From Octopus vulgaris (taxonomy: Eukaryota): 64,000 nucleotides of DNA. The stretch's first letter is position 1, and each line of letters starts with the position of its first letter. The DNA lies in contig OX597814.1 in assembly GCA_951406725.2 (NCBI GenBank), forward strand, positions 42,532,001 to 42,596,000. The letters run 5' to 3'. The position numbers were made by a program, and so were the translations under genes. Of this stretch, positions 1-13,630 are shown one piece after another. The notes beneath the pieces were generated by a model. That model was not told the DNA's origin. It searched no databases and saw only the letters and a program-made list of their open reading frames with translations.

Positions 1-544
1 ACAGTCTTGGACTCAGATCTTTGTTTTATGAAACTGTACTTTCTCTTAACACACTTGGTTGTGTAAGATGAAGAAATTTCTATGTTTCTAGTAGTGCTAG
101 TGATTGCTTCAACGCTTTGTTGTGATTTTCAGAGTAGATTTTATTTAGTTAAGATCGAGGAAATCTATGTAAAAAAATTAGTAGCTGCGGTCTAGCTGAC
201 TTTCTTACATTTAGTGATACGCTACACTATGCTTTATTTATTTACGATTTGTTGACGTTTTGTGTAACATTGTCTAATAACAATATTCAGAACGTTGAGT
301 AATGTAACTACATATCTATAGTATACCAGCCATGTGAGATCCATATTTTTTGTTTTACCTTAGTTTGCAGTGAAGGATCAAATGTTAGAAGTTCAAAGAA
401 CCCGTAACCTCTCTTTTAATTTGCCTTGACATTATTGTATATCATGTCTTTGTACTTTTAAGATTTCTCATTCTTTGCACGGCCACACACAGGATGCTGC
501 TCTCCCTTATGATCACACCATAAAAAAACAATATAAATACTTCG

Positions 545-945
545 ATAATCGAATCACCGGAGAGAGCTTTCACTAAAAGTGCTAAGGGCGTGACTGATCT
601 CTAGTATTTTGACCGCCTTAAAGCGCAGCCGTGAGCGATACGAAATTTGCACGATACATCATTTGAGGAGAATATGTCACCAGCATTGTCGAAACATTAG
701 ATTCAGAATTTTCCAATTCTAGGATCACGGGTCATCCGTCTCCTACCTAGTTCAGTTTCACAATACATAAATACACTGCAACACAATATCTTTTTTCTCA
801 ACAGACCCTGCTCTATTTGAGGGAAAGCATCCTATCACCTTTAAATGGAATCTAGACAAATTTCTTCAAGGAATAGCAAAGAAGCCACCTATACCTTGAT
901 ACAGCGTACTCAACAAGAACGCCCTACTCGAATGGACAATGACAC

Positions 946-948
<3 letters not shown>
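545..948 (+). mobile_element. Decayed CR1-group LINE, ORF2 C-terminal fragment
   Basis: Frameshifted translation IESP.RAFTK...LGSRVIRLLPSS...NTLQHN...DPALF...FKWNLDKFLQGIAKKPPIP*YSVLNKNALLEW aligns by eye with the better preserved copy at 25096-25701 (LGSRAIRP...GPALF...FKKSLDRFLQEIPDKPPTPGYVSVNNNSLLEW). Confidence 0.8.
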
Positions 949-1041
<93 letters not shown>

Positions 1042-1070
1042 GTGTGTGTCTGTATGTATGTATATATATA
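949..1070. repeat. (TA)n/(TG)n compound microsatellite
   Basis: Directly visible. One of dozens of such tracts in the window. Confidence 0.97.
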
Positions 1071-1281
1071 AACGTTAGCACGCCGGGCGAAATGCGTTGC
1101 CGTATTTCGTCTGCCGTTACGTTCCGAGTTCAAATTCCGCCGAGGTCGACTTTGCCTTTCATCCTTCCGGGGTCGATAAATTAAGTACCAGTTACGCACT
1201 GGGGTCGATGTAATCGACTTAATCCTTTTGTCTGTCCTTGTTTGTCTCCTCTGTGTTTAGCCCCTTGTGGGTAGTAAAGAA

Positions 1282-1284
<3 letters not shown>
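1071..1284 (+). mobile_element. tRNA-derived SINE, family B (5'-clipped)
   Basis: Near-identical to 45624-45855 and 50321-50544. B-box-like GAGTTCAAATTCC, central GCCTTTCATCCTTCCGGGGTCGATAAATTAAGTACCAG. Embedded in (TA)n. Confidence 0.9.
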
Positions 1285-1335
<51 letters not shown>

Positions 1336-1340
<5 letters not shown>

Positions 1341-1780
1341 AACAAGGGACAACAAAACATCCATATAGACGATACGAAAAACAAGGACGGGTCATTCGAA
1401 GCTTTCTATCCTAAGTCAAGAACCGGATCATCCTCGCAATTTCGGCGGGATAATCTTGAGATTCCTCCAATCTGGCCAGCCTCAAGGTAAAACTAAGCTA
1501 AGAATATTAGATTCCTTGGAAGAAAGCAGCAAATGTATACAAAAACAAGGACAGAAAAACGGACAATGTTACACAAATATAAATACAGAAAATAATAATA
1601 ATAACATGACAAAACAACAGGTGTATTTTACCTGGGGACGAATTGTATTCAGCTGATGTGTGTGGAAATGAAGCTTTACGGCAGGGATACAAAGATTTCA
1701 CAAACACGGAAGAATATCGATGTTGCACAGACCATGGTCAGACCCAAAAAGGGAGCCAGCAGTTTGGCCTATTGGTCACG
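1336..1780 (-). mobile_element. Penelope-like element 3' end/pLTR with degraded hammerhead
   Basis: Minus strand encodes ...HTHQLNTIRPQ, resembling the PLE C-terminal L.T..P.GLN. Downstream is CUUGA-GGCUGG...CCCGCC-GAAA (broken HHR core, about 1431-1488). Confidence 0.45.
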
Positions 1781-1923
1781 TGGGAAGAGAGGAGAGAGAA
1801 AAATAGAAGCAGAGGAACAAAAGAATTAAGGAGGGAAAAGAGAAGAGAGAGAGAGTTGTATGAGCAGATGTACAGAAGAATTCAGGAGGGGCGGGAAAAA
1901 ATGACAGACAGTGAGCGAAAGCG

Positions 1924-1942
1924 AGATAGATAGATAGATAGG

Positions 1943-1987
<45 letters not shown>

Positions 1988-2017
1988 GGATGGATAGATA
2001 GATAGATATATAGATAT

Positions 2018-2102
<85 letters not shown>

Positions 2103-2116
2103 GATAGATAGAGATA
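1924..2116. repeat. (GATA)n microsatellite
   Basis: Directly visible. Confidence 0.97.
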
Positions 2117-2556
2117 GTGTTGTAGTGAAAATGGTACTCACCTTCCCATGTAATAAAATGGTATAAAATACCCACTATAACGTCAGATAGTTTCGTGATA
2201 TATATGAGTTCGCGTTACCGTTAAGGTAGACGTTTCAAAGTCATAGCACGATAAACGGATCAAAGACAAAAATATGCGGAATACCGCCAAAACATAACAA
2301 TAGCGATAGAATATTACAGTGCCGACAATAACAAACAAGTGGACGAGTATCCACTTTGTAACAGATCGAGAGAGAAAACTGACAGGTACATAAAGAAAAG
2401 AAATCATCCCGCACTGTTTCTGAAATCTATTCGGTATGGGCCCTTGTTAAGTTATATGAGCATGGCCTTGCATCGCTAGAAAAGGATATGAGTGTTGATG
2501 TATACATATCACACACACATATATACAAACACATAGATACGTAGATGGATAAATAC

Positions 2557-2780
2557 GTTTCGACCAGAATTGGCCCAAGCTATGACTAACTTAATGGTAC
2601 CATCTAGAAAAGACGTTCAACCATGTTGCAGTCATACTTTGTGCACCGTAGTTCATTCCAGGAAAGAGCTAGTGTGTTCAGTGATTTCAGGGATATTCCA
2701 GATTTGCCTGGAATTTGTCAATGGAGCGTGTAGATCATATGAAGTCTTTTTTTTTCCATTATGTATCTTGGCACATTTTT
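2557..2780 (-). mobile_element. CR1-group LINE 3' tail fragment
   Basis: gtttcgaccagaattggcccaagctatgactaacttaatggtaccatct matches the LINE tails at 25031 and 29497. Confidence 0.65.
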
Positions 2781-3090
2781 GAAGAGAGCTGAAGTAGTTC
2801 TGTCTATACACGTTCGCGCGCATACACAGTCATATATACAAAGACATATGCTGACAGTCCTATCTATATACATACACATACACACATAAACGCGCACACA
2901 GTCGTAGAAACAAACACATGTAATGCTTATATTTTTACATATTAGAGAACGTTGGACAAACTGAAAACAAATCTGAACTGAAAACAAAACCTGAGCTGAA
3001 GACTTTTGCTACGATATTTAACGAGATGAGTATATTTTGCTGCCTCCTCGTACGAGACATAATATAATACTTTACTTTGTTTTCTGACTG

Positions 3091-3645
3091 TATTGGCCGA
3101 GGCTATGTCTAACTTAAGAGCACCACATTGCGAAGTCATTCAAATCAGGAATCGGTCAATATGGCCCACTGAAGTAGATAGTTATTGCTTACGAAGATAT
3201 ACCCGGGGGTAGGAGGTTTATCAGGGATCTTTTGAATGAAGTTGTCCAATGACTTCTTGATAATTTATGAGCTCTGGCTCTGATTTAATGTGTTTTGGTG
3301 TAATGCTAAAGAGAGTGGGATCCATTGGGGTGAAATAAGTGTGCTGTATTGTTGCTATGTGATGTGAGTACGACTTTCGTTGTGGGCAGCTAGCCCTGGA
3401 TCCAATACTTGGGTGTATCTTAAAAGCGATGCCAACATCATTTGGGCAATGCTGATGGAATATTTTCTACATCATACAGATGATGTAGCGCTCACAGCGT
3501 CGCTTAAGGGAATAAAGCTTGACCTTTTCTAGTCGACCCCAATAGGCAAGGCCTGTTATGCCAGCTATCTTTTTAGTAATTGACCTTTGAGGTGCTTCAG
3601 TTTTCATGATACTTTGTTTCGTGTGGGGAGACAAAAGTGGTAGTT
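3091..3645 (-). mobile_element. CR1-group LINE 3' fragment
   Basis: Colinear DNA similarity to 25040-25590, e.g. gccaacatcatttgggcaatgctgatggaatattt shared. Same 3' tail. Confidence 0.88.
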
Positions 3646-4324
3646 CACTGCAAGAGACTTGTTTCCGTTTTTGAAAACCTGGACAACAGACTGGGAGAGA
3701 CAGTTTTCAGGAATGTAACCAGTATCCAGTGTGTTCTAACACTGATTAGCAAGAGGAGATGCAAGTTGGTGTCAAGGAACATATGAGGACCTACTGCTGA
3801 ATTGTGTTTTATTTCGTTTATTGTCGCTAAGACATCATGCTAATTCATTAATTAATCAAAAAGTGAATTTGGTAATAATCTTCATTTTGTACAATGGTCG
3901 TGTTTACTCATCCTGCTACAACCCTTAATGTGTGGGACTCAGTTCAACATATGTTGCATCCATTTCGGAATTCATCAGGTGCATCCATACACGAAGTTGT
4001 GTATCGTTAAAGATCCTGAGATTAAGTTGTTTAATACGAAATCCATCTTCTATATACTGAATAAGTTATCATTATCCCCACTAACACTGCAGACTTCCTG
4101 AAGTAAATCCAAATACCCCTACTGCATATGACACCGGATCGCCCAAACTGGGCCAGTGTCCTACTCAAACCTTCAAGAAAGTCATCGACATACACCCATT
4201 AGCCCCTAATATATTTAATATGTATATATCTATCTATACACACATACACACATACACACACGCACATACACACACACGTACACATACACACACTCACATG
4301 CACATACACACACACACATATATA

Positions 4325-4461
4325 TTAGGTTGTCCCAAAAGTTCGTAAACACTTGCGAAAATTGAATTTTTACTCGCCAAGTACTAACAAAAACAACAAA
4401 AATTATTCCTCAAAATAAAGACCATTATTTTCCAAGACTTTCTACGAACTTTTGGGACAAC

Positions 4462-4465
<4 letters not shown>
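4325..4465. mobile_element. Mariner-type MITE, about 140 bp
   Basis: Inverted repeats AGGTTGTCCCAAAAGTTCGTA / TACGAACTTTTGGGACAACCT at the ends, TA context on both sides. TTAGGTTG start is typical of mariner TIRs. Confidence 0.8.
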
Positions 4466-4518
<53 letters not shown>

Positions 4519-4530
4519 AAGATGTACAAA

Positions 4531-4574
<44 letters not shown>

Positions 4575-6074
4575 AAGATGTACATGAGTACATTCATTCC
4601 GGTCGTTTCAAACGGCTCATTCAATTGATCAATGACAACATTATATAAATTTGAAACAAACTTGTCTGCACACACGACAGGAATATCAGGTACAAACACC
4701 CCTATACGGAGTCTGGATATTGAGTATTCAATTAATATTGGTTGGGTGTGCGGGTTGTACCGATCTTGTAAGTTGCCTCAATTCAAGTGCCTAATTGAAC
4801 TGAATCTTAATTATATTTTAATACGTGATCAGTATTTATACGACGCATTTTTACCTAATTTTAACGAGATTGAAATGCTTAACAGAATTCTCTCTGAAAG
4901 ATATTACCATTCATAGGAAGGAAACATAATTTCAGACTCTAAATAAATATTGGCCATCCCTGTCATTCTTTCTTCCAGTTATTACCCTTCCCTCATTAGA
5001 CATTCCCCTACTACTAGCCCTACCACCTATCCTTTGTGTAGATAATGCTAGATATATTGTTCCAGTAGACTGAGTGTCTATTAGATTGTCTGACATGAAT
5101 TGATTTTTCACCATTTTCTACTATACAATTGACAACTCCCAATGGATTCAATTCTAAACGGTTGAAGACTACATTCTGCATAACGGCTTCTAAATAGAAG
5201 TAACTAGGTCACCACTCTTTTTATTCTGACCCCCACTATTTCCTTTGTTACTCTCTAAATTATTGTAGGCTTGACGCAGTATGCATTTTTTCTAAACTAA
5301 TTGTGCTACAGATGTCACAAAAGAAGCAATGTCAATGTGGCTAGTAATCCATTGGGCTAATGAGTGTGTTAGGAAGATGATATGGATAGCATGCCATCAT
5401 GAAGCTAATATGGAGTTCGATTATTGATGTACATATGTTTTTAAAAAATGTTTATGTATTCAGTTTCAATTCTATGGTTAAAAAATGGCTATATATTTTA
5501 TGTTCCAAGTCTTACAACTCTTTCTTTCAAATTGATGTAATATTTTCATTAATCAATTAAGAGAGCCGCTTATACATCTTAGTTAATCAATTATATTCTG
5601 CTTACCTCACTTGGAATCTGCACTTCGGAAATGCTATAGAAACTACCTTTATAAAAGTACATGTTTCAATTACCAAGGTCGGTTATATACACTTAGCTTG
5701 GTTGCGTTGTCTTCACACACGGTAGGAATATCCGGTACAACCAACCCTTTTCGACGTCCATTTAAAACATTCTGGTGTTCTCCCACGACACCCTTAATTA
5801 TAATTTAATGTTTATAATTATACTTTAAATATTAATTTGACACATATGCTTTTTGTAAGCTGCCCACTGATAAATTATTAATTAATGACTTCCTCCTAAT
5901 TATGTATAAATATATATTTACTGCAATATTTGGTGAGTTAATAAGCACATAGCTGAAGTTAATGATGGGGTTTTACTTTGTATGTATGTGTGAAATATAT
6001 GTATATATTCTAATTTTTACAAGTATTTTCTTTTGGGTATGTATATGTATTTGTCATTCATTTACGGTCGGTGT

Positions 6075-6128
6075 ACCCTACTGATGACTGTATAGCATAT
6101 TTTATATATTGCAAAGCATGATCGTAAG
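6075..6128 (+). ncRNA. Degraded type-I hammerhead motif
   Basis: CCUA-CUGAUGA-CUGUA...UGCA-AAGCAUGAUC-GUAAG. The 5' core is intact but the GAAA and helix III are damaged. Confidence 0.3.
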
Positions 6129-7639
6129 ATATATGGTTGTCCACAATAATTTTATAAATCCTTTCTAACCAATGTCCTCGGATACAGTGCCCTTAATTAT
6201 AATTATATATTTCTAATTAACTTTAAATATATATGTACACACATATATGCGTACATATTTACAGATGTATACACAACATCTGTGTGTGTTTGTGTGAGTA
6301 TGTGTGTGCGTGTGTGTGTATGTGTAAATTATATATTGTAAATATATTTGTTTTTGATGCCCGCCCTGCAATTAAACAGAGAATAACTGAATTGCTGTTC
6401 GTAGATACGAAACAGTTCTCATTATATATCGTGATTGCATACGTAGAGTATCCCTCGTTACTTCCCGCTCTTCAAAACAATTCTTCTATAACGAAATTTA
6501 ATTTATAAGAGAATAATGAGAGCATGGAAGTACTAATGATTAGGAAATTTGATTGATTAAACAAATGGGAATAAATTGAGATCTGTTTATATGCAATGGT
6601 TTTATGTATTAATTTATCGTTGGCAATCAGAAAATGACTGATTACATTTATTTATCTGCGATATTTTTTAAAGAGATATAAACAAACTAAAATAAAAGTT
6701 AAATGTTTCGGCAGAAAATGCTGAAACGTCTAATATTCTCTGCTGGGAGCCTCACGTTCTAAAAGTCAATCGGTTTCAATTCCTAAAATAAACTGAAACT
6801 GCAGTACATGCAAGAAGAAATTAGTTTTGAAATGTTTAATATGAAATTTTATAATGATAATATTTCTTCCATTATGATTTCTCGATAAACAGTTATAATT
6901 ATTATTGTGCCTAGATTTTATATTTCACAGATTTTGTTAAAATTTTTGCTTTAATATACCCGACGTTAGGCGATTATAACAATCAGAACACGGAAGAGAC
7001 AATGGACTTGTAAAGGAATTTGGTACTTGGGTTTTGGAGAGCTTGTGTTGTTTGAGTGAATACTGGTTATACTAGTTTATATTTCTGAATACTAATGTTT
7101 GTTCAAAATAATAAGCACAGGTGATTACGGGAATTTAACCTAGGCTTTATTGATTAATTTGTAATGTTATTTTGGAACTTGTATCTGAAATTAAACTTCA
7201 CGTACGATATTTTAAGATGCAGTATCTAAAACTTGTTATTGGGGTACCCTTGTAAAGAGCCTGCAGATCATTTCTAGTGGCTATCAGGCGTCATCAGGGG
7301 TAGTGCACTTTCATTGCTGGATGTACTTCAGGAATTGAACCGAGCAGGATGAGTGTATTCTAACAAATGGAGCTTTTCCCTTTCAACGGCAGATCGAGAA
7401 ATTAATTTTTTGTAACTAAACACTTTCAAACTTCGGACACTGGTAGAATGTGTCACATAAAATATATTTTACTCTTAGTGTTGTTTAGAAAATTCTATAT
7501 TTTCAAATTTAGTTCGTGTTAAAATTGTCGTATTTCGGTAATTTCAACCAATCAGTGACGTGCATTCAGCTGAATAAAACTACTGCCGTTGTTTGTCAGC
7601 AAGAACTATTGGTGGTGTATATTTCTTGCCAAGTTTCAG

Positions 7640-8290
7640 GCAGTAATCGCAAAAGATCTGGCTTTAAAGATACTTCTTGTTCATTATGACCCAGAGTTGT
7701 TCAGTAGGGTTAATATCTGGTGACTGGTTTGGCCATGGAAGCTTTTTAATGCCATTCTCATCCAGAACATTTTCAGTCATATTAACTGTATAACAGGGAG
7801 CCCCATCTTCCGTAAACATTTCACTACTGGAGAAGATTGGAAGGAATCCTTTCTGCAATATGGATATCTATAATATCTGGGTTTCTGTTTCCATCACACT
7901 CCACCAGTTTTGATCAGCCATTGTACCAGATTGCTTCTCAGACCATCACAGAATGGATGCTGTGCTTCATTGTAGCCTGCAATTTTTCACATCAAATTCC
8001 TTATCATAGAATCTTCAGACTTGCACTCGAACACTGTCAAGAAATCCAGCAAGTCTGGACTCATCAGAGAATATGACAGTGTCCCAAAATGCTCGTGGCA
8101 TCTCTACCATTTCACTGGCCCAATATTTTCTCTGCTTCGTGTTTACTGGTCGAAAATATGATTTCCTGCTTGCCGCTCTCCATAGTAACCAAGTTTGTGG
8201 AGATACCTAACAGCTGTTCTAAGACTTACATCAATTTGTTCTTCTATGTCAGAGATCTTTCAGCAAGAATTATCTTCTACACTTCCCTTA
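7640..8290 (-). mobile_element. Tc1-family (DD34E) transposase pseudogene
   Basis: ORF 7664-7858 EDGAPCY...LPWPNQSPDINPTEQLW matches the Tc1 QDNAP.H...WP..SPDLNPIE.LW motif. Upstream extent is approximate. Confidence 0.82.
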
Positions 8291-8642
8291 GCAAAAAGAT
8301 GGGTCCTGTCAGAGGGCCCTAGTTGATATGGGCGAGGGGGTGCAGACTCTTTCCCCTATTTGGTGAATGGTACAAACACTATTAAATGTAGAAAGGGTGT
8401 TCTTAAGATTTTCTTCGATTTTATGCAATGTCCGCATTCAGAATGACCCAAACTACGTCTTCTTTGAAATTCGGACAGTTCTAGTGCTTATTTTGTATAT
8501 AGAATGATTAAACAGTCACATCCAGAACATGGAACAAAAAGTGTCAACTAATAAAATTTATAAACAATTACAAGTTAGAATAAACATCAGACAATGTTTT
8601 ATGAGTAGTTTATGTCTATTTTCTTGTGTCATGTGTGTGTGG

Positions 8643-8706
<64 letters not shown>

Positions 8707-8844
8707 GTATGTATGTATGTATCTATGTATCTATGTATCTATGTATCTATGTATATACGTATGCATGAATGCATGATTGCTTGTTTATAGGTAGGGACGC
8801 ATGTATGTATGCATATATGTATGTGTGCATATATGTATCATAGT

Positions 8845-8995
8845 TTATTCTTTTGCTTGTATCTGTCATTAGACTGCGGCCACCCCAGTAATCATTTCCG
8901 TTTCTAAACATGCTACTTATTGTATCATACACGTTTGCGAAACTGCTAACTTACGATGACGTAAGCACAAAGAAACAGTTTTTTCAAGTGGTGGT
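8845..8995 (-). mobile_element. SINE family A, degraded 3' half
   Basis: Reverse complement similar to 9990-10140 (tgtcattagactgcggcca..., gaactgctaacttacg...gacgtaa). Confidence 0.6.
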
Positions 8996-9676
8996 GGAGC
9001 ACATAGATTTCAGATTCAAACTAAACTCCCCTTATATCCTCCTGGACTTTAAGTAATAAACAAGTAACTGAATTCACTCCACTTCGATCCATGAAGCTTG
9101 AATGTCCTTGAACGACGATGCATAAACAATTATACCCAGTTGCATATGCAGCTGGTCGTTACCTGTGTAGTGGAAACACTTGAAGGGCCAAATTTTTGTC
9201 AGTAGGTGAAGAGCTGAACAAAACCTTATGTCTTTTGAATAATTTTCAATACCTACGGGACTGTGTGAAGCTGTTATCTAGTAATATATAAAATAAACAT
9301 TTCCGTGAAGATTTTCCTGCTAAATTGAGGAGAGTAGAGCCAACAAGCAAACTTTCTTTTTGTGGTTGTTATGATAGTTCAAGGCATTCAGGTCATTGCA
9401 TCCTTAAAACCACTGGCTTATTTGTAGACGCCTGTTTCAAAGAAGCCTTTATTAGAGGATAGCTATGAAATCTTCCGCATTTGTGATGCTACGTTGTCCA
9501 TGCCAGCAACTTTCATGAATCGTGTGCATTACCAAGTGCTAACGTGGTAATCCGTGGTAATCTTCCGACTGGTTATGTAACATAAAAGGAAATATACAAA
9601 TTGATATCAGAAAATAATGTTTTTGAGTGTGTGTGTGTGCGTGAGCGCATGTATATATGCGTGTGCACACACACAA

Positions 9677-9716
<40 letters not shown>

Positions 9717-9756
9717 TAACTAATATGCATACACACATATATATATATGTGTGTGT

Positions 9757-10150
9757 GTGGTAAGTAGCTTGCTTACGAACCACATGGTTCCGGGTTCAGT
9801 CCCACTGCGTGATACATTGGGCGAGTGTCTTCTACTATAGCCTCGGGCCGACCAAAGCCTTGTGAGTGGATTTGGTAGACGGAAACTGAAAGAAGCCCGT
9901 CGTATATATATATATATATATCCGTGTGTGTATGTATGTGTTTGTGTGTCCATGCTTGTCCCCCAACATCGCTTGACAACCGATGTTGGTGTGTTTACGT
10001 CTCCGTAACTTAGCGGTTCGGCAAAAGAGACCTATAGAATAAGTACTAGGCATACAAAGAATAAGGCCTGGGGTCGATTTGCCCGACTAAAAAGGTGGTG
10101 CTCCAGCATAGCCACAGTCAAATGACTGAAACAAGTAAAAGAGTAAAAGG
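9757..10150 (+). mobile_element. tRNA-derived SINE, family A (near full length, internal microsatellite)
   Basis: Head with GGTTCAGTCCC B-box-like motif, TTGGGCGAGTGTCTTCTACTATAGCC body, internal (TA)/(TG) tract, tail GGTGGTGCTCCAGCATAGCCACAGTCAAATGACTGAAAC. Many partial copies in the window. Confidence 0.9.
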
Positions 10151-10624
10151 GTATATAAAGACATATATATATGTCTTTACCATCAACTGGAACATAGCTG
10201 ATAACACTCAATGGATTTAATTCTAAATGGTACTAGACTATATGCTGCATTAAATCTTATAAATTAAAATAAAATATATATAACTATCTCACCACTCCTA
10301 TATCTTCAACACTATTATTTTCCTCCGATACTCTCTAAATCATAGTAGGCTAAAATAAATATGCATTATTCTCTGAATTCATTCTGCCACAAATATAACA
10401 TAAGGGAACAATGTAATCAGTTTGGTTTCTAGTACTGATATAAAATTGTTATAACTGCTACAAATGGTTTATACTATATGATGGAAATCTATATGATCAT
10501 TTGCGTTTGAGGAGAGTGTCTTGTATTTTTTTTCAAATTAATGTAATATGTTCATTGATCGATTAAACAGAGCCGCTTGAAATGGCTGTAATGCATTGGT
10601 ACTTAGAAAATCTTGTTACTTATT

Positions 10625-10700
10625 TGCATTTCCCACGCAGTGTGACTGACCGCGGACCAATGTCGTTGGAAGCAAGCTTCTTACTACACAGCCACTCCCG
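10625..10700 (-). mobile_element. SINE family A head fragment
   Basis: Reverse complement gggagtggctgtgtagtaagaagcttgcttccaacgacattggtccgcggtcagtcacactgcgtgg matches the head at 9757. Confidence 0.7.
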
Positions 10701-10912
10701 TTGATATATATAGATATAAATAGATAGACTGATAGAGTAAAAAGAATATAAAAATAAAGGAGATGCCCCCACGCACACACACATGGATACATCCATGCGT
10801 GCGCCTATGAAAGCATACACGCGTAAAACAAGCGTTGCTGATTCCTAATATAATACATTGGCATTGTTACATAGCATGCTATGTTGTTTTTTTTCGGTTC
10901 TAATGATGTGTT

Positions 10913-11512
10913 CTAATGATTTTTCCTAGATACATGCAACCTGTCTCTGTTACTTTTTGGGTGGAGTGCCCCATATCTTGTTAGCAATGGCAAAGGTCTT
11001 TCTAATCTGTTTAGTTCGTCTACTGTCCATGCGATTACCTCTGCTCCATATCTAAGGAGTGTAACAGCCCAGGTGTTGATATATTCAATCCTATTCCGTC
11101 CGTTTAATTTCGACTTAAGGATCAGTCTCAGTCTGCGCAAATAGTCCACCTTAATTTTCTCTGTAATTTCTTTCACCATCAATTTATCAATTTCCAAAAT
11201 TTCCAAGTACTTATAGCCCGTCTCTTCTATCTGCTTAATAACATCCGACGGTATCGTTAGCCCGTCCATACATTTGCTTTTGCCTCTCTTTAAGACTAAC
11301 ACACCACACTTTATCAGTACAAACTCTATTCTGATATCAGCACTGAAGGTATACACCGTATCAACGAGGGAACTGAACTTGCGCTTCATCTTTACCATTA
11401 AGTTTGAAATCATCCATGAATAACAAATGAATGACATTATTTGGCGGCTTTTGAATACGTACCCAGCTTTTGCTTTCCTCAGAATCAGTGTTAGTGTTAT
11501 CAAGCACAGTAC
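10913..11512 (-). mobile_element. Dong/R4-type (RLE) non-LTR retrotransposon, RT C-terminal half
   Basis: LTLILRKAKAGY...HLLFMDDFKL...KCGVLVLKRGK...YKYLEILE...YLRRLRLILKSKLNGRNRIEYINTWAVTLLRYGA...GALHPKSNRDRLHVSRK. Frameshifted. Confidence 0.85.
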
Positions 11513-13125
11513 ATCTACGGCGTAGTTGGAGAAAGCAAATTAATGCTGTGGTCATGGAGTGTTAGTACTTGAGCAGCCCGGTAGATAAAAATGGTGCACA
11601 AATTTGGGGTTATCGACAACGTATTTATGATCGTTGTAGAGAAAAGGAATGTTTCAACTCACGGAAGAGAAACTATATGATTAAGATAGAGTGATCAGAA
11701 AAATTATTCGTTCACAGAAGTAGAGCTCGAAGGTATTAAAAGACGGGTCTTGGAAAATAGCAGCAGAGATAACAATGAAAATACAGGTCTTACAAATATG
11801 TGTTATCTCATAGCACAGGAAAGAAGCAGTGGTACATTACTTGATGAGAGACATATATATGTTCTAAAAGAAGACGATAAAACTAATGGTGACATGACAG
11901 ATGAAAAAAGGCAATCTACGATGGAATAAAGCAAGACAATACGAGAACGAAAGCGACAGTAATTCCAACCTTAAAAATGTTGATCGATGGAAATTGAACC
12001 AAGAAACGAAATATGTCAATGACATTTTGAAATTCATCAGAACAAACGATAACACAGAACCAAATCATTTGGTCAAGGCAGCAAGTACTGTTGTAGCAGA
12101 AAACGGGTGTTGATGTCAAGAAAAAGAAAACCATGTAAGTGACAAAAGAAAAGATCCATGGTGGAAAAGAATAATATATGCAGGGTTAGACATGCTCTCG
12201 AAGGAAATCTCTGTGTTAGAGCGAAAAGAGAAGGGGTGCTTAAAAGTGAACAAAAATATAGGGCACTGAAAAGGTAGTATAGAAATGAGAGAAGAGACCT
12301 GGAAGTGGTAATGGAGGAAGTGAAATAACGCCTTGTTGCAAAGAAAGCAAAGATGGTAAAATACGATCAAAGAATAAAGGTTTACAACCAGAATAGGTTA
12401 TGCAGAGTATATCTGATGAGATTCTATAAAAAAATAATAAATGGAGAGTGTACATATGAAAAATTGATACCACACAACTTTGAAAGTCAAAGGTTTAGGA
12501 GTGACATCAGGAGCACAAGAACGATGCTGAATGGTCGTAAGAACTGAAACAAACAGTAGTCTATCCAAAACAGGCAGAACTAGTCATTTCAGTTAGGGAA
12601 GTGAAGGAAATCAGCAACAAAAGGAGCTACTGGATGGCCCCGGGACCAGATGGAATTCAAGGCTACTGGATCAAATTTTTGGTGAATGTCATGCACAAAT
12701 AACTGCGCAACTCAAAATCTTTTTAGAATACCGACCGAGTAACACCAAAGTGTTTGACATTGGGTGTGCCTGAAAAACACCGAACAAGGCAATACAGTAG
12801 GCAATTACCGGTCGATATTCAGTTTACCACTTATGTGGTAACTGTTGACTGGAATATTCGCAGACTCAATGAGCAAACATCTGGAAAAAATCAAATCCTG
12901 CCACATGAGCAGAAGTGCTGCACGCGTAAGTGCAGAGGTATCAAGCATCAACTCATGATAAACAAAACTGTACTTGGAAACTGCAAGAGGAGGAAAAGTA
13001 ACTTAGCCATGTCATGGATCAACTACCCTAAGGTGTACGATATGATCCCACATTGTTGGATTATGGAGCGTATGGATATACTTAGTATTGAATCGAATGT
13101 TGAGCATTCGTCGTTTCCAGGCAGA
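11513..13125 (+). mobile_element. Dong/R4-type element, ORF N-terminus to early RT (inverted relative to 10913-11512)
   Basis: RRSWRKQINAVVMEC*YLSSP...GYRQR...TEEKL; APGPDGIQGYWIKF; EQKCC...[14 protein letters not shown]...[21 protein letters not shown]. Many stops and frameshifts. Confidence 0.8.
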
Positions 13126-13630
13126 TGAAATAAGCACTAGTTGAGCGCTGGAGCTGCTGTAAACGACATAACTCTTCCTCTGAAAATTGTTGGCACTGCC
13201 AAAATTCGAAAAACTTATTACTACTGTTATTCTGATAATGAAACGAAGAATATTTTTCTCAAAGACAAAATCCAAAATTTAAAAACATATTCATGTCCGA
13301 GTCTCCTTGAGAGTGATAAAGATCAATGTACATATTATGGCGCACGCAGTTTTCCTTCCAGCTAATAACAATTAAAAATATATTTGGGATATGTTAGCAA
13401 ACGCATGATGATATTTCTGATTTTCTTCTTTGCTAAATAAGAACAACCGCTCTCATTTACATTACATTTTCTGGAATTTTGTTGCAAAAGCAGAATCTTG
13501 CCTGGATAAATATACTGAAGGTTAACTTCACTGAAGCCTGTGTATCATTAATACACGTCAACTATCGGAAGACATTATTTTCCAAAGACGAAATACACCA
13601 GCGAAAATAACATTTATGTAATATCCTACC

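Noticed and set aside
3953-3986. CUGAUGA-AUUCC-GAAA on minus (similar partial hits at 7262-7300, 23958-23990, 29190-29250, 47785-47826)
   Set aside because: Helix III, the NUH site or the core cannot be completed, so these are not counted as ribozymes.
5200-5330. Polinton DNA polymerase exonuclease motif (YYDLES in the paralog near 10330)
   Set aside because: A single short motif, not conserved between the two copies, with no other polB motifs nearby.
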